Part shown: in pieces, positions 30,011 through 32,000 of the stretch
Numbering within the stretch: the stretch's first letter is position 1
Layout of the letters: every line of letters starts with the position of its first letter
Assembly (NCBI RefSeq): GCF_013365455.1
Contig: NZ_CP046578.1
Location: 720,001 to 752,000, forward strand
Direction: 5' to 3'
Length of the DNA: 32,000 nt
DNA from: Wolbachia endosymbiont of Dirofilaria (Dirofilaria) immitis
GTDB taxonomy: Bacteria > Pseudomonadota > Alphaproteobacteria > Rickettsiales > Anaplasmataceae
Position numbers and translations under genes: made by a program
Notes under the pieces: generated by a model
The model's database searches: none
Told to the model about the DNA's origin: nothing
The model's input: only the letters and a program-made list of their open reading frames with translations

Positions 30011-31813
30011 ATGAATTGCTATAAAACTCATACGTGCGATGAATTAAGGAAAGGCGATATAGAAAAGGAAGTCACTCTTTCTGGATGGCTGTACCATAAG
30101 CGTGACCATGGTAATCTAATCTTTATTGACTTGAGAGACTTTTATGGAATTACTCAGTTAGTATTTAATAATGACAAAGACTTTTTTGATGAAATTTCAA
30201 ATTTAAAATCAGAGAGTGTAATTACTGTCACAGGAATAGTAAAAGCTAGAACTAAAGATACAGTAAATAGCTCTATCCCTACAGGAGAAATTGAGGTTAT
30301 AGTTATTAATTTGCACATTGAATCGGAAGTCAAATTTCATTGTGATGAAGAAATAGCAAAAGAAGAAAAAAGCATATTAGCAAGTATTTCTGGCAAGCAA
30401 GAATACTCAGAAAATATGAGGTTAAAATATCGGTTTCTTGATTTAAGGCGAGAAAAAGTTCGTAATAATATTATTTTACGCTCACAAATCATTGCAGAAC
30501 TCCGCAGACTCATGATAGAACAAGGTTTTTTAGAAATCCAAACTCCAATACTTACTGCTTCATCTCCTGAAGGAGCACGTGATTATTTAGTACCAAGCAG
30601 ACTAAACCCCGGTAAATTCTATGCATTACCACAAGCTCCACAAATTTTCAAGCAATTACTAATGGTGTCAGGGTTCGATAAATATTTTCAAATTGCACCA
30701 TGTTTCCGTGATGAAGATACAAGGTCAGATCGCTCTCCTGGAGAATTTTACCAGCTAGATCTTGAAATGTCTTTTGTGACTCAGGAAGATATATTTCAGG
30801 TCATTGAAACTACTTTATATAAAGTGTTCACTAAATTCTCTTGCAAGTCAGTTGACAAAAATTTCCCACGCCTCACATATAAAGAGGCAATGCTTAAATA
30901 TGGATCTGATAAGCCAGATCTACGCAATCCATTATCAATTAGTGATGTTACAGAAGTTTTCCGTGATTCAGGGTTCAATATCTTCAAAAGCAATATTCAA
31001 CAAGGCATGGTAGTCAGAGCTATTCCCGCTCCTAAAACAGCAAGAAAGCCACGGAGCTTTTTTGATAAAAAGATAGAGCATGCGCAAAAAGAATTCGGAG
31101 CTAAAGGTCTTGGGTATATAACGTTTGATAAAGATGGTACTATAAAGGGACCAATCGCTAAATTCTTTAATGATAATAAGCTAAATCATATAAGAGAAGT
31201 AACAAATATAAAGCCTGGAGATAGCATATTCTTTGCTTCTGACAAAGAAAATGAAGCAGCAGTAATTGCAGGAAAAGTACGTACCCTTTTAGGATCAGAA
31301 TTAGGCCTAATAGATAAAAATGTTTTCAAATTCTGTTGGGTTATTGATTTTCCATATTTTATGTATGACAATAAAAATAAAAAAATCAACTTCTTTCATA
31401 ATCCATTTTCTATGCCGCATGGTGGCTTGAAAGATCTGGAGGAAAAAAATCCATTATATATTCTTGCTTACCAATATGATCTAGTTTGTAATGGAATAGA
31501 ATTATCAAGCGGAGCGATTCGCAATAATAAGCTAGATGTTATGTATAAAGCTTTTGCTATTTCAGGCTATAGTAAAGAAGAAGTAGATACAAAATTTAGT
31601 GCACTTGTGCGTGCATTTAGATTTGGGGTACCACCTCATGGTGGGATAGCACCAGGAGTTGATAGAATGGTCATGCTGCTTGCTGACGAGCCAAATATTC
31701 GTGAAGTAACCTGTTTCCCTATGAACCAACAAGGCGAAGATGTTTTAATGGGTGCTCCTTCTAAGATAAAAAGTGGACATTTACGTGAATTATTCTTGCA
31801 AGTTATTGATTGA
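30011..31813 (+). CDS. aspS: Aspartate--tRNA ligase
   Basis: The 600 aa product has an OB-fold N-terminus (V.LSGWL...[16 protein letters not shown]) and class II motifs ([42 protein letters not shown]). Confidence 0.96.
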   Translation: MNCYKTHTCDELRKGDIEKEVTLSGWLYHKRDHGNLIFIDLRDFYGITQLVFNNDKDFFDEISNLKSESVITVTGIVKARTKDTVNSSIPTGEIEVIVINLHIESEVKFHCDEEIAKEEKSILASISGKQEYSENMRLKYRFLDLRREKVRNNIILRSQIIAELRRLMIEQGFLEIQTPILTASSPEGARDYLVPSRLNPGKFYALPQAPQIFKQLLMVSGFDKYFQIAPCFRDEDTRSDRSPGEFYQLDLEMSFVTQEDIFQVIETTLYKVFTKFSCKSVDKNFPRLTYKEAMLKYGSDKPDLRNPLSISDVTEVFRDSGFNIFKSNIQQGMVVRAIPAPKTARKPRSFFDKKIEHAQKEFGAKGLGYITFDKDGTIKGPIAKFFNDNKLNHIREVTNIKPGDSIFFASDKENEAAVIAGKVRTLLGSELGLIDKNVFKFCWVIDFPYFMYDNKNKKINFFHNPFSMPHGGLKDLEEKNPLYILAYQYDLVCNGIELSSGAIRNNKLDVMYKAFAISGYSKEEVDTKFSALVRAFRFGVPPHGGIAPGVDRMVMLLADEPNIREVTCFPMNQQGEDVLMGAPSKIKSGHLRELFLQVID

Positions 31814-31845
31814 CAGCACCGCAGATTATATTAAACTGAAAAAGT

Positions 31846-32000
31846 GTGAATAATATCCAAAAAGCAATAATATCAGGTATAATCTGCAATATGATTATAT
31901 GGTATGAATTGACTCTATTTGGAGTTTTGACACACATAATAAGTGATGTTCTCTTTTCATCAGAAAGTAGTGAATACGTAAAAAAAATTAAATTTCTTGG
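31846..32000 (+). CDS. 5' end of a probable MFS (ProP-like) transporter, truncated by the window edge
   Basis: The frame is open from a GTG at 31846 (or the ATG at 31891) to the window end. ISGIICNMIIWYELTLFGVLTHIISDVLF resembles the ProP-type N-terminus (G...EWYDF.LYG). Only about 50 codons are visible. Confidence 0.35.
   Translation, partial: MNNIQKAIISGIICNMIIWYELTLFGVLTHIISDVLFSSESSEYVKKIKFL

Noticed and set aside
30796-31389. Short ORFs within aspS on both strands (30796-30993, 30804-31013, 31186-31389)
   Set aside because: They are out-of-frame or antisense to a complete class II aspartyl-tRNA synthetase.

Overview
This is an AT-rich window with Rickettsiales / Anaplasmataceae (Ehrlichia-like) gene content. 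That placement is inferred from the proteins and the architecture, not from any search. Intact genes are ordinary housekeeping: mnhC, rpoD, a murJ/AsmA-like pair, pth-rplY, pheS-glmU, cvpA, smpB-lgt, nuoD, a solitary T4SS virB9, pdxH-fpg, pccB, ccmA and aspS. There are also three tRNAs (His-GTG, initiator Met-CAT, Thr-GGT) and two lineage-specific membrane ORFs. I see no CRISPR array, IS element or transposase, prophage, or recognisable defence or toxin module. The unusual feature is architecture. Intact CDS sum to about 19.9 kb of 32 kb (about 62 percent), leaving seven spacers of 0.8-2.3 kb. Hand translation shows that several spacers hold heavily eroded, near full-length gene relics. These are a riboflavin synthase (ribE) relic with a probable ribB-like relic beside it, an RluD/RluC-type pseudouridine synthase relic, and a probable ccmB relic just downstream of intact ccmA. 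Decay is mostly by in-frame stops with few frameshifts. That pattern suggests slow deletion, which would explain the long spacers. Several long perfect inverted repeats sit in the spacers, one of them inside the rlu relic. The remaining spacers are unassigned. No clear novel multi-gene system is supported by the sequence.
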